Shown here one piece after another: positions 43,670 through 53,462 of a stretch of DNA of 64,000 bases (position 1 is the first letter of the stretch; each line of letters starts with the position of its first letter). Location of the stretch: contig OY759974.1 of the NCBI GenBank assembly GCA_963662945.1, positions 1,312,001 to 1,376,000 of the forward strand, read 5' to 3'. This DNA comes from Arcobacteraceae bacterium (GTDB taxonomy: Bacteria; Campylobacterota; Campylobacteria; Campylobacterales; Arcobacteraceae). Position numbers and translations under genes: made by a program. The notes below the pieces were generated by a model. It was not told where the DNA came from. It ran no database searches and worked only from the letters and a program-made list of their open reading frames with translations.

Positions 43670-44604
43670 GGAATATACACCTTATCAAGCATCTCTTGGT
43701 ACTCTTTTTTAGGGTCACTATCGCAAGTAATTCCACCGCCACTTTTATAGATTAATTTATCATTTTCCTTTTGAATAAATCGTATCATTACAGCACTGTC
43801 TAAACTTTTTCCATCAAATACTCCAAAAATGCCCGTAAAGTACCTTCTTTCATATTTTTCTACTTTATTGATGATTTGTATTGTTTTTTTCTTTGGAGTC
43901 CCTGTGATGCTTCCTGCTGGCAATAATGAGCTAATAATATCTCCTACTTTATTTTGCCAATTATTTTTTAGTTTTCCAGATATTTTAGAACTAATTTGGA
44001 AAAGTTCTTTTTCCCCTGCTTTTATTTTTTCACAATATCTAAATTTTTCTACTTCTACTTTTGTTGCTATAATTGATAAATCATTACGTAATAAATCTAC
44101 TACCATAGTATGCTCTGCTAATTCTTTGTAATCATTTAGGATAATCTCTTCAGCATTTGGAATATTAGCATCTATGGTTCCTTTCATTGGATATGTGTAA
44201 ATTTGATTATTTTGAATTTTACAAAAACTTTCAGGAGAAAAGCAAATGAACTCATCTTTATACAATAGTTTATATTTACCGTTTGCTACAGAGTATATTT
44301 CTTGTAAAGACAAATCAGTTTCAATTGGAGTTTGTGTTGTAAGATTTATAAGATATGTGTTTCCAGAAGCGATTTCAGTTTGAATTTGATTGAATTTTTC
44401 TAAATAATTCTCATAATTTATTGGATTTTTTTTGATTGCAATATTATTTGTATTTGATGATGATTGCGTATTTATAGAAAAATGAATATCATTTGGAATT
44501 TTATCTAATGGGATTATTTCATAATTTTTTTTATCATAACTTATCATAAAAAAAAATGGCTCTTTTTTTGAGCCATAATAATTAAGTGTTTCTTCTAGTC
44601 CCAC
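43666..44604 (-). CDS. pabB: Aminodeoxychorismate synthase component I
   Basis: FSPESF, YPMKGT, EHTMVVDLLRNDL, PAGSITGTPK, SGGGIT. Confidence 0.9.
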   Translation of the reverse strand: MGLEETLNYYGSKKEPFFFMISYDKKNYEIIPLDKIPNDIHFSINTQSSSNTNNIAIKKNPINYENYLEKFNQIQTEIASGNTYLINLTTQTPIETDLSLQEIYSVANGKYKLLYKDEFICFSPESFCKIQNNQIYTYPMKGTIDANIPNAEEIILNDYKELAEHTMVVDLLRNDLSIIATKVEVEKFRYCEKIKAGEKELFQISSKISGKLKNNWQNKVGDIISSLLPAGSITGTPKKKTIQIINKVEKYERRYFTGIFGVFDGKSLDSAVMIRFIQKENDKLIYKSGGGITCDSDPKKEYQEMLDKVYIP

Positions 44605-44613
44605 AATAAGTAA

Positions 44614-45507
44614 CTATTGATTTAAAATTAATTTTTTTAAACAAGCCATTCTAACTGCTACACCATTTCTTACTTGTTCTAAAACTTTTGAACGAGGATC
44701 ATCTAACATCTCATCACTTATATCAATATTTCTATTTACAGGACCTGGATGCATTAGAAGAATATCTCTATCTCCCATCATTTTTTTTGTGATACAATAT
44801 TTTTTGCTATATTTTTTTGTATTTTCTTCTAGCTCTTCATCTGATAATGTAAAAGTATGTCTTTCATGTTGTACTCGTAAACTCATAATAATATCAAGAT
44901 CATCTATAACTTTTTTAATATTTTTTACTGTTTTATATTGTGATACTACTCTAAATTCTTTTGGTGCTACTAAAATTGGATTTAAACCAAATCTAGGTAA
45001 TAGTTCAAGATTTGAAGAAGCAACTCTTGAGTTGAAGATATCTCCAACTATCGCTATATTTCTATCTTTTACATCATAATCAAAATGTTCCATTATAGTA
45101 AAAAGGTCTAAAAGTGCTTGTGTAGGATGTGCATTTTTACCATCACCTGCATTTAGGATAGGACAATTTACATAACTTTTTAAACTATTTGGCAAACCAC
45201 ATTCACTATGTCTTATAATAATAGCGTCTGGTTTCATAGCATTTAGATTTGCAACAGTATCTTCTACTGTTTCCCCTTTTTTAGTTGAACTTGTTTGTAC
45301 TTCCAAATTTACTACATCTGCACCAAGTCTTTTAGCAGCAATTTCAAAACTACTTCGGGTTCGTGTAGAATTTTCAAAAAAAAGAGTAACGATAAGTTTT
45401 CCCTCTAAAAGTTTATTTGAACTAAGGTCTAAAAAAAGTTTAGCATCTTCAAAAAGTTTTATGATTTCATCGTTAGAAAAGTCACTTGTTGTTATTAAAT
45501 GTTTCAT
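44614..45507 (-). CDS. pyrB: Aspartate carbamoyltransferase catalytic subunit
   Basis: FFENSTRTRSSF, NAGDG...HPTQALLD, LRVQHER, MHPGPVNR. Confidence 0.96.
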   Translation of the reverse strand: MKHLITTSDFSNDEIIKLFEDAKLFLDLSSNKLLEGKLIVTLFFENSTRTRSSFEIAAKRLGADVVNLEVQTSSTKKGETVEDTVANLNAMKPDAIIIRHSECGLPNSLKSYVNCPILNAGDGKNAHPTQALLDLFTIMEHFDYDVKDRNIAIVGDIFNSRVASSNLELLPRFGLNPILVAPKEFRVVSQYKTVKNIKKVIDDLDIIMSLRVQHERHTFTLSDEELEENTKKYSKKYCITKKMMGDRDILLMHPGPVNRNIDISDEMLDDPRSKVLEQVRNGVAVRMACLKKLILNQ

Positions 45508-45562
45508 ATATTGTCCTAAATTTATTTTAGATTATATCATAAGTTTGATTTAGAAATATCCT

Positions 45563-46747
45563 TTAAATCATTTTAATTTTTTCAAGCCATTCATTTAAAG
45601 TTTTTTCATAACCTATTTTTTTGGTTTCATAAAATTTAATATTTTTTTCCAAATATTGTTGTTCAACAAAACCTCCAAAATCATGAGGGTATTTGTACCC
45701 TATATGACTATCTTGGAGATGTTTAGGTATTGGAAGTATTTCACTGGTTTTTACAAAATTTAGTGCACTATTTATAGCAGTATATGCACTATTTGATTTT
45801 GGAGATGATGCTAAATAAATAACACATTGTGAAAGAATGATTCGTGATTCTGGATAACCTATTTTAGAAGTGGTTAGATAGGTGCTTGTAGCTAAGTTAA
45901 GTGCATTTGGATTTGCGTTTCCTATATCTTCACTGGCAAGTATTACCAATCTTCTAGATATAAATTCTACACTTTCTCCTCCATCGATGAGTCGTGCTAA
46001 ATAATATAATGCTGCATCTACATCACTACCTCTAATTGATTTGATCATCGCACTAATAATGTCATAATGACTTTGAGAGCTACTCACTCCATCACCCATT
46101 GATGTTTCTCGTAACTCTTTTAAAAGAGTTATTGTTATCTCTTTATCTACTTTAGCTGCAAAGTCAAGTAAGTTTAATAATGCTCTTCCATCACCACTAC
46201 TAGAAATTATGAGATATTCTATAGACTCTTGATTTATAGTTATATCAAGTTTTTTGATTGCTTTGTTTAGTAGTAGTTCTAACTCTTGATAATTTAATGA
46301 TTTGAATTCATAAAGAAAACTACGAGAACGTATTCCATTTGTCAAGCTAAAAAAAGGATTCTCTGTACTTGCACCTATAATAATAGCATCATAGTTTTCC
46401 ATAATAGGTAAAAGAACTTCTTGTTGTGTTTTTGTTAGTCTATGTACCTCATCTATAAAAATTAGAGGTTTTAATAATCCATTCTCATAACGTTTAAAAA
46501 TAGTTCTTAGCTCCTCTATTTTAAGACTAGTTGCATTAAGGTTATAAAAATCATAGCCACTATTTTTAGCAATGATTTTTGCTAATGAAGTTTTTCCTGT
46601 TCCTGGTTTTCCATAAAAAAAGAGATGAGGAATCTCCTTTTTTTCTGTAAGTTTATAGAGGGCTTTCCCTTTCCCTATTATATGAGATTGTCCTACAAAT
46701 TCTTCTAAATTATTTGGACGTAAAAGGTTTGCTAGATTAGTAGTCAT
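45563..46747 (-). CDS. rarA: Replication-associated recombination AAA+ ATPase
   Basis: GKPGTGKT, FIDEVHR, GASTENPFF, KSIRGSDVDAALYY, ASEDIGNA. Confidence 0.93.
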   Translation of the reverse strand: MTTNLANLLRPNNLEEFVGQSHIIGKGKALYKLTEKKEIPHLFFYGKPGTGKTSLAKIIAKNSGYDFYNLNATSLKIEELRTIFKRYENGLLKPLIFIDEVHRLTKTQQEVLLPIMENYDAIIIGASTENPFFSLTNGIRSRSFLYEFKSLNYQELELLLNKAIKKLDITINQESIEYLIISSSGDGRALLNLLDFAAKVDKEITITLLKELRETSMGDGVSSSQSHYDIISAMIKSIRGSDVDAALYYLARLIDGGESVEFISRRLVILASEDIGNANPNALNLATSTYLTTSKIGYPESRIILSQCVIYLASSPKSNSAYTAINSALNFVKTSEILPIPKHLQDSHIGYKYPHDFGGFVEQQYLEKNIKFYETKKIGYEKTLNEWLEKIKMI

Positions 46748-47576
46748 CTTCTTCAAAATCTTCTTGAGAGTTTTTTCTATTAAGTTTTGTTTGTTCTTTC
46801 ATGAAATATCTTAAGTTTTCATATTCATCACTTTCTAGATATCTTACTTTCCCTGATGGAAGATTGTTTAAATTAATCCCGCCAAAACTAACTCTTTTTA
46901 GGTCAACTATTTTAGAGCCAAAGTGTGCAAAAAATCTTCGAAGTTCCCTATTCTTTCCTTCTGCAATTGCAACTTTTAGTTTCGAATATTTAGGTGTATT
47001 TGTTTGGATTTGATAACCTATAAATGGTGCAAATTCCATACTTATTGTTTTTGTTTTATCCCAAGCACCTGCTGTTGCATCATCTAAAGTTATTCCATTT
47101 TCCATTGCACTAATCATTGCAGGAGTAACTTCCCCTTCAATTTTTATTTTATAAACTCTTTCAAGATTTGAGTTCATTAATGCTGTTGCAATAGTTGGAT
47201 CATCTGTAAGTAAAAGTAATCCCTCACTTGCAAAGTCTAGTCTTCCTATAGGGATAAAATGATTAAACTTTTTTGGTATGGTATCATATATGATTTTACG
47301 ACCTTGCGGATCATTTTTTGATACAATTTCTCCTTTTAATTTATTGTAAACAATTACTGTTGATGCTCTTTTATAATCAACTTTTACAGTTCTTCCATTT
47401 ACTTTTACGATAGTTTTGTTGTTTACCTTTGTAGATAAATCACTTATAACTTTACCATCTATTGAAACTTTTCCAGCTTTGATTAATTCATCAGCTTCTC
47501 TTCTGCTAAATCTACTATTATGTGATATAAACTTATTTAGTCTTGTTCCATTTTCATTATTGTCATTATTTCCCAT
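46737..47576 (-). CDS. rluB: RsuA/RluB-family pseudouridine synthase with S4 domain
   Basis: RLNKFIS...SRREAD, GRLDFASEGLLLLT, EGKNRELRR. Confidence 0.85.
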   Translation of the reverse strand: MGNNDNNENGTRLNKFISHNSRFSRREADELIKAGKVSIDGKVISDLSTKVNNKTIVKVNGRTVKVDYKRASTVIVYNKLKGEIVSKNDPQGRKIIYDTIPKKFNHFIPIGRLDFASEGLLLLTDDPTIATALMNSNLERVYKIKIEGEVTPAMISAMENGITLDDATAGAWDKTKTISMEFAPFIGYQIQTNTPKYSKLKVAIAEGKNRELRRFFAHFGSKIVDLKRVSFGGINLNNLPSGKVRYLESDEYENLRYFMKEQTKLNRKNSQEDFEEDDY

Positions 47577-47663
47577 GATTATTTCCTTTTGTTTTATGTT
47601 TGTATTATAACTAAATTATTTGGTATTTTAAGTTATTTTGATTTATTTATATAGTTGAAGATT

Positions 47664-47700
47664 AGAAATAAAAAGAGTCTAATTTACTCTTTTTATTTCT
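47664..47700 (-). terminator. 15-bp inverted repeat downstream of rnj
   Basis: AGAAATAAAAAGAGT-CTAATTT-ACTCTTTTTATTTCT. Confidence 0.6.
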
Positions 47701-47702
47701 TT

Positions 47703-47718
47703 TGTTCCATGTGGAACA
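47703..47718. promoter_or_regulatory. parS-like centromere site
   Basis: TGTTCCATGTGGAACA, one mismatch from palindromic TGTTCCACGTGGAACA; intergenic and near oriC. Confidence 0.8.
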
Positions 47719-47743
47719 TTCTAGTTAAAAGATATACTGTTAA

Positions 47744-49675
47744 TTATTGAACAAAAATAGTAGGAACTATCATTGGATATTTTCTATATTTTCTTATACA
47801 ATGTTTTCTTACTACTTTTCTAAGTTCTTCTTCAACAGCTCTTGTATTTTGTAAAATACCTGGTTTAATATGTTCTAGGAAGTGTTCTAAAATATCTTCA
47901 ATCTCTTTTGAAAAATGTTTTTCTTGTTTAGCATCAACGATACCAAATGAACTTACTCTTGCAGGACCTACAACTTTTCTGTCATTTTCATTGATTTGTG
48001 CTACTATCATAATAACACCTTCATTTGCCATAGTTTGTCTATCAATAATAACATCATCACCAATTTTTCTGTTTCTTTGGTTATCAATATATGTTTTTCC
48101 TGTTTTTACTGTTTTTACTTTTTTAAGATATTTTGGTGAGATTTCTACTTGTTCTCCATCACTTAAAATATATGTATTTCTTTCTAATACACCACAGTCT
48201 ACACCTGTTTGAATATGTCTTACAACGTGGTTATATTCTCCATGTATTGGTAAAAAGAATTTTGGTTTAATAAGTCTTAACATAAGTTTTTGTTCTTCTT
48301 GTCCAGCATGTCCAGATACATGAATATTATCATAATTTTGATATGCAACATGTGCTCCAGCTTTTTGTATTTGATTAATAATTTCAGATACACTCGCTTC
48401 ATTTCCTGGGATAGCTTTTGCTGATAAGATAACAACATCTTCTGGTTTGATTTTAACGTGTCTATGTTCATGGATAGACATTCTAAATAAAGCACTCATA
48501 GGTTCCCCTTGGCTTCCTGTCGTAACGATTAAAATCTCTTTGTCAAGATGTTTATTTACTTCATGTGCTTCTATAAATTTGTCTTTTGGAAATTTTAAAT
48601 ATCCTAGATTTAAAGCAATCTCTAGGTTTTTTTCCATACTTCTACCGATAACACAGATTTTTCTTCCATGATCTAATCCACATTGAATGGCTTGTGCAAC
48701 TCTATGAAGATTAGAACTAAATGTAGACATAATAACTCTACCTTTTGCTTTAGAAAAAATATTTTCAAATGTTGGTCCAACTGTTTTTTCTGTTTTAGTA
48801 TAACCTGGAGAATGAGAGTTTGTACTATCACTTAGTAGTGCTAAAACACCCTTCTCTCCATAATATGCAAGTCTATGTAAATCTGTAGGATATCCATCAA
48901 CAGGAGTATGATCTATTTTAAAATCCCCAGTATGTATGATTGTACCAGCTTCTGTTGTAATTGCCAATGCAGAACTGTCGATAATAGAGTGTGTAATATG
49001 CATCCATTCAACTTCAAAGTCACCTATTTTTATAGGTTTTCTTTTTTGAATAGCTCTAAAATAACTTCTATGTTGTTTCATTTTATGCTCATCAAATTTC
49101 GCACCAACTGATTCTAAAGGCAATGATGTTCCATAAATAGGAACTTGTAATTCTTTAAAAATATATGGCATCGCACCAATATGGTCTTCATGGGCATGTG
49201 TAATACAAATTGCAGCAATTTTACTTCTAATTTGTCTTATATATGTGAAATCAGGGATAAGAATATCAACACCATGCATTGACTCGTCTGGGAAACTCAT
49301 CCCAACATCAATAATGATAGCACTTTTATCAGTTTCAACAACCATCATGTTTCCACCAATTTCACCAAGTCCACCAAGTGGAGTTACTTTTATACTAGCT
49401 TCTGTTTTAAGGTTAAGTTTATTGTGTGGATTTAATCTATCTTTTTGGATTTTTTCATTTGCTTCAAATGCTTTTTTAAGATCATTCATCCATCCATTAC
49501 CACTTACTGGTGGTTTTTTCTTTGGAGGAATAGTTCTTCCTTTTTGATTAGGTTTTTGTTCTTCTTTGTTTTGTTGTGTCGGTTCTTGTACTGGTTTGCT
49601 ATCTATGTCTTGTGGAGTATTGTTAATAGCTGTTTGTAATGTTTCAGTTTTCTGTATAACTTTCGTTTCTTCCAT
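47744..49675 (-). CDS. rnj: Ribonuclease J with low-complexity N-terminal extension
   Basis: PLGGLGEIG, THAHEDHIG, HTGDFK, TTGSQGEP, HVSGHA. Confidence 0.95.
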   Translation of the reverse strand: MEETKVIQKTETLQTAINNTPQDIDSKPVQEPTQQNKEEQKPNQKGRTIPPKKKPPVSGNGWMNDLKKAFEANEKIQKDRLNPHNKLNLKTEASIKVTPLGGLGEIGGNMMVVETDKSAIIIDVGMSFPDESMHGVDILIPDFTYIRQIRSKIAAICITHAHEDHIGAMPYIFKELQVPIYGTSLPLESVGAKFDEHKMKQHRSYFRAIQKRKPIKIGDFEVEWMHITHSIIDSSALAITTEAGTIIHTGDFKIDHTPVDGYPTDLHRLAYYGEKGVLALLSDSTNSHSPGYTKTEKTVGPTFENIFSKAKGRVIMSTFSSNLHRVAQAIQCGLDHGRKICVIGRSMEKNLEIALNLGYLKFPKDKFIEAHEVNKHLDKEILIVTTGSQGEPMSALFRMSIHEHRHVKIKPEDVVILSAKAIPGNEASVSEIINQIQKAGAHVAYQNYDNIHVSGHAGQEEQKLMLRLIKPKFFLPIHGEYNHVVRHIQTGVDCGVLERNTYILSDGEQVEISPKYLKKVKTVKTGKTYIDNQRNRKIGDDVIIDRQTMANEGVIMIVAQINENDRKVVGPARVSSFGIVDAKQEKHFSKEIEDILEHFLEHIKPGILQNTRAVEEELRKVVRKHCIRKYRKYPMIVPTIFVQ

Positions 49676-50459
49676 TTTGTTTTACCTTTGTATAAATATG
49701 GCTATACAAAGATGCATCAACTTCATGAGGTCTTGCAGACTCATTTATATTAAGTTCATTAAAAACTGAGCTTACAATCTCTTTGCTATAAGCAGAAGAT
49801 AAATTTTTACTCAGTTTTTTTCTTGGTTGGGAAAAACACACTTTTAAAAATTTGTTAAAATCAAAATCAAGTTTTTTATCCATATCTTTTTGAATATAGA
49901 TAACTGCTGAATCCACCTTTGGTGCTGGATCAAAACTTTCAGGTGGAACAACTACTAGAGTTTTCACCTGTTTTGAAATTAACTGTGTTATTACACTTAG
50001 CGCAGAGTATTCTTTTTCTCCACACTTCGCTGTAAATTTATCCGCAACTTCTTTTTGTATCATAACGATAATATGCTCACAATTTGTATCGTTAAATGAA
50101 TTTAATATAATGTTTGTCGCTATATAATAAGGCAGGTTTGCTATTAAGTCATATCTACCATTATAAAGCGAAGAGTTTTCATCCCATTTTTCTAAAACAT
50201 CACCTAAAATGATATTTAGTTTATTGGTTTCTAACTCTTTAGAAAACTCGGTTTGCAATATAGAGTATAAATCTCTATCAACCTCATAGGCTGTTACATC
50301 TTTGCACTTGACAAGTTTTTTTGTCAAATCACCTAATCCAGGCCCGATTTCTACAATATGATTATTGTTATGGGGCATCGATTGGATGATTTTAATTAGA
50401 ACTGACTCATCTTTTAAAAAATTTTGTCCAAATTTTTTCTTTGCTTTAATGTTTTTCAT
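49644..50459 (-). CDS. rsmA: 16S rRNA dimethyladenosine transferase
   Basis: KKKFGQNFL, EIGPGLG, ANLPYYI, MIQKEVA, PAPKVDS. Confidence 0.95.
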   Translation of the reverse strand: MKNIKAKKKFGQNFLKDESVLIKIIQSMPHNNNHIVEIGPGLGDLTKKLVKCKDVTAYEVDRDLYSILQTEFSKELETNKLNIILGDVLEKWDENSSLYNGRYDLIANLPYYIATNIILNSFNDTNCEHIIVMIQKEVADKFTAKCGEKEYSALSVITQLISKQVKTLVVVPPESFDPAPKVDSAVIYIQKDMDKKLDFDFNKFLKVCFSQPRKKLSKNLSSAYSKEIVSSVFNELNINESARPHEVDASLYSHIYTKVKQNGRNESYTEN

Positions 50460-50612
50460 AATATTGGGAGAGAGTTTATCAGATTTATACTTACAAAAAG
50501 GTAATAAAGTTACAAATAATAATTATTTTTGTAACTACTATAAGTTTTATTATATCTGTATGTTTGTATTGATTTGATATAATGCTAAAATAATTAAGTA
50601 AATATAGGAAAA

Positions 50613-51377
50613 ATGATGAGTTATTTTGCAAAAAGAATTATACCTTGTTTAGATGTTGATAATGGTAGAGTTGTAAAAGGTATTAATTTTGTTGGTCTTA
50701 GAGATGCTGGAGATCCTGTTGAAGTAGCAAAAAGATATAATCAAGAGGGTGCTGATGAGATTACTTTTCTTGATATTGGTGCAAGTCATGAGGGAAGAGA
50801 CACAATCGTTGATGTTGTAAAAAAAGTTGCGCAAGAAGTTTTTATACCACTTACAGTTGGGGGTGGTATTAGAAAGCTTGATGATATTTATAATTTATTA
50901 AATGTAGGTTGCGATAAAGTTAGTATCAATAGTAGTGCAGTTACAAATCCAGATTTTATTAACCAAGGTGCAAAAAGATTTGGAAGTCAATGTATAGTTG
51001 TGGCAATAGATGTAAAAAAAGTTGCAGATGGAAGTTATCATGTTTTTGTTAAGGGTGGTAGAGAAGATACAGGTCTTGATGCTTTAGAATGGGCAAAAGA
51101 GGTTTATAATAGAGGTGCAGGAGAAATACTTCTGACATCAATGGATGCAGATGGTACAAAAGCTGGTTTCGAAACTAATATTACTGGGATGATTAGTAAA
51201 GCTGTTGAAATACCAGTTATTGCTTCAGGAGGTGCAGGGACTATGGAGCATATTAAAGATGCATTTTTATGTGGTGCAGAAGCTGCATTAGCTGCATCAA
51301 TATTTCATTTCAAAGAGATTGATATCATGGATTTAAAAAGATATTTAGCAGCAAATAATATACCAGTAAGGCTTTGA
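50613..51377 (+). CDS. hisF: Imidazole glycerol phosphate synthase cyclase subunit
   Basis: [37 protein letters not shown]. Confidence 0.96.
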   Translation: MMSYFAKRIIPCLDVDNGRVVKGINFVGLRDAGDPVEVAKRYNQEGADEITFLDIGASHEGRDTIVDVVKKVAQEVFIPLTVGGGIRKLDDIYNLLNVGCDKVSINSSAVTNPDFINQGAKRFGSQCIVVAIDVKKVADGSYHVFVKGGREDTGLDALEWAKEVYNRGAGEILLTSMDADGTKAGFETNITGMISKAVEIPVIASGGAGTMEHIKDAFLCGAEAALAASIFHFKEIDIMDLKRYLAANNIPVRL

Positions 51378-51378
51378 T

Positions 51379-51921
51379 TTGATAGTTTGTGCAGGCAACA
51401 ATGAAACATTTCCTTTTGCAACTCCTATAGGAGTTGGCCTTATAGAAAGTGCAATTAACTTAACAAGATTGTGCCTTTTTGATAAGCCAGAGTATATATT
51501 ATTTATAGGAAGTGCTGGAAGTTATGGAGAGTATAATATTTTTGATATAGTAGAGAGCTCAAATGCTTCAAATATAGAGTTGTCTTTTTTTGAAGATAAT
51601 TCTTATACGCCAATTGATAATATTGTTAAATGTGAAGATTTAAAATTAGTAAGTGATACTATTGTAAACTCTTCAAATTATATTTCAACTAATGAACTAA
51701 TTACTAAAGAGTATCTGTCTTATGGAATAGGGATAGAAAATATGGAATTTTATTCAGTGGTAAAAGTTGCAAAAGAATTTGAGATAGATGTTAAAGGAAT
51801 TTTTGTAGTAACTAATTTTACAAATGAAGATGCGCATAAAGACTTTATATCAAATCATAATAAAGCCATGGATAAGTTAATAAAGCATTTAGAGATGAAA
51901 AATATTATCATAAAAAATTAA
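51379..51921 (+). CDS. Purine nucleoside phosphorylase-like protein (PNP/UDP fold)
   Basis: IGVGLIESA, FIGSAGSY, IENMEFY, VVTNF. Confidence 0.7.
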   Translation: MIVCAGNNETFPFATPIGVGLIESAINLTRLCLFDKPEYILFIGSAGSYGEYNIFDIVESSNASNIELSFFEDNSYTPIDNIVKCEDLKLVSDTIVNSSNYISTNELITKEYLSYGIGIENMEFYSVVKVAKEFEIDVKGIFVVTNFTNEDAHKDFISNHNKAMDKLIKHLEMKNIIIKN

Positions 51922-51923
51922 AT

Positions 51924-51939
51924 TGTTCCACGTAGAACA
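51924..51939. promoter_or_regulatory. parS-like centromere site
   Basis: TGTTCCACGTAGAACA, one mismatch from palindromic parS. Confidence 0.75.
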
Positions 51940-52040
51940 ATGTATTTTTTAAAAGAAGTGAAGAAAATTACTTTAGTGTATTTGAAATAGATGTAGTGAA
52001 AATTAAAGTAAAATAATCAAGCTATAATAAAGGATTTAAT

Positions 52041-53108
52041 ATAAAAACAATATACGATTATTCATTAAAAGAATTACAAGAGAAGATTAAACCATCATTT
52101 AGAGCAAAACAAATATATAATTGGATATATAAAAATTATGCTACAACATATGAAGAGATGAAAAATATTCCAAATAATCTAAAAGTTGAATTAAAAGAAC
52201 ATTATCCTATAGATATAGCAAAAATCATTAGAGTTGAAGAGAGTAGTGATGGTACGAAAAAATATCTTTTTGAGTTTAAAGATGGAAAAACAGCAGAAGC
52301 GGTTCTTCTTTTAATGAAAGAAAAACAAACAGACGAAGATGGAAATATCACGAAAAGCGAAAAATATACTTTTTGTATCTCAAGTCAAGTAGGGTGTAAA
52401 GTAGGCTGTAGTTTTTGTCTTACAGCAAAGGGTGGTTTTGTAAGAGATTTAACGGCTGGTGAAATAATAGCACAAGTAGTTTATCTAAAAAAAGAGAACA
52501 ATATAGCCCAGAATAAAGCAGTAAACCTTGTATATATGGGGATGGGAGAACCTCTTGATAATTTTGATAATTTAACAGATGCAATAAAGATTATCTCTGA
52601 TTTAGATGGCTTAGCAATTAGTACAAGACGTCAAACTATCTCAACAAGTGGAATAAGTACAAAAATAGAAAAATTAGGTAAAATGGATTTAGGTGTTCAA
52701 CTAGCTATATCTTTACACGCTGTTGATGATGAGTTAAGAACAGAACTAATTCCTATGAATAAAGCATATAATATTAACTCAATTATAGAAGCAGTAAGAA
52801 AGTTTCCTATAGATACAAGAAAAAAAGTGATGTTTGAATACCTTGTGATAAAAGATAAAAATGATGATATCAAATCTGCTGATAAACTTGTAAAGTTACT
52901 AAGTGGGATTGATGCAAAAGTAAATTTAATTTTCTTTAATCCATTTGAAGGTACAAGTTATGAAAGACCATCAAAAAATGCTATGATAAAGTTTCAAGAG
53001 TATCTTTTAAGTAAAGGATTACTTTGTACAATACGAGAGTCAAAAGGGATAGATATTAGTGCCGCATGTGGACAGTTAAAAGAAAAGGAACAAAATGGGA
53101 ACAGTTGA
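52041..53108 (+). CDS. rlmN: Dual-specificity RNA methyltransferase RlmN (apparent ATA start at 52041)
   Basis: [31 protein letters not shown]; in-frame upstream [12 protein letters not shown]...[11 protein letters not shown] after an AAGGA SD. Confidence 0.93.
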   Translation: MKTIYDYSLKELQEKIKPSFRAKQIYNWIYKNYATTYEEMKNIPNNLKVELKEHYPIDIAKIIRVEESSDGTKKYLFEFKDGKTAEAVLLLMKEKQTDEDGNITKSEKYTFCISSQVGCKVGCSFCLTAKGGFVRDLTAGEIIAQVVYLKKENNIAQNKAVNLVYMGMGEPLDNFDNLTDAIKIISDLDGLAISTRRQTISTSGISTKIEKLGKMDLGVQLAISLHAVDDELRTELIPMNKAYNINSIIEAVRKFPIDTRKKVMFEYLVIKDKNDDIKSADKLVKLLSGIDAKVNLIFFNPFEGTSYERPSKNAMIKFQEYLLSKGLLCTIRESKGIDISAACGQLKEKEQNGNS

Positions 53109-53190
53109 TATAATAATGGTTGTATTTTTAGGAATAGTTTTAGTTGGTGGTATGGCAGGATTTTTTATTTATAATAATAAAGAGGAGTAA
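53095..53190 (+). CDS. 31-aa single-TM small protein (absent from the ORF track)
   Basis: [39 protein letters not shown], overlaps the rlmN stop. Confidence 0.7.
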   Translation: MGTVDIIMVVFLGIVLVGGMAGFFIYNNKEE

Positions 53191-53195
53191 ATAAA

Positions 53196-53414
53196 ATGAT
53201 AGGCAAAAAACTTTATGAAAAAAAAGCTTTTGTTTATACAATACAAATAATTACCGTATTACTGATAATATTTGCAAAACTAGATCTAGTTTTAAAACTT
53301 ATGTTATTATTTGCTTATTTTATGTTATTTAGGCAAGAAAGATGGCATAAACATTTATTGATTATGTGTGTTATGATGAGTATTCTTTTTGCTTCAACTC
53401 AAATCTATATGTGA
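53196..53414 (+). CDS. Small hydrophobic membrane protein
   Basis: GAGGAG SD; 72 aa with 2-3 hydrophobic segments. Confidence 0.65.
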   Translation: MIGKKLYEKKAFVYTIQIITVLLIIFAKLDLVLKLMLLFAYFMLFRQERWHKHLLIMCVMMSILFASTQIYM

Positions 53415-53462
53415 AGTAAAAATATGTTATTATAAGTAATTAATAGAACAATAGGTAACAAA

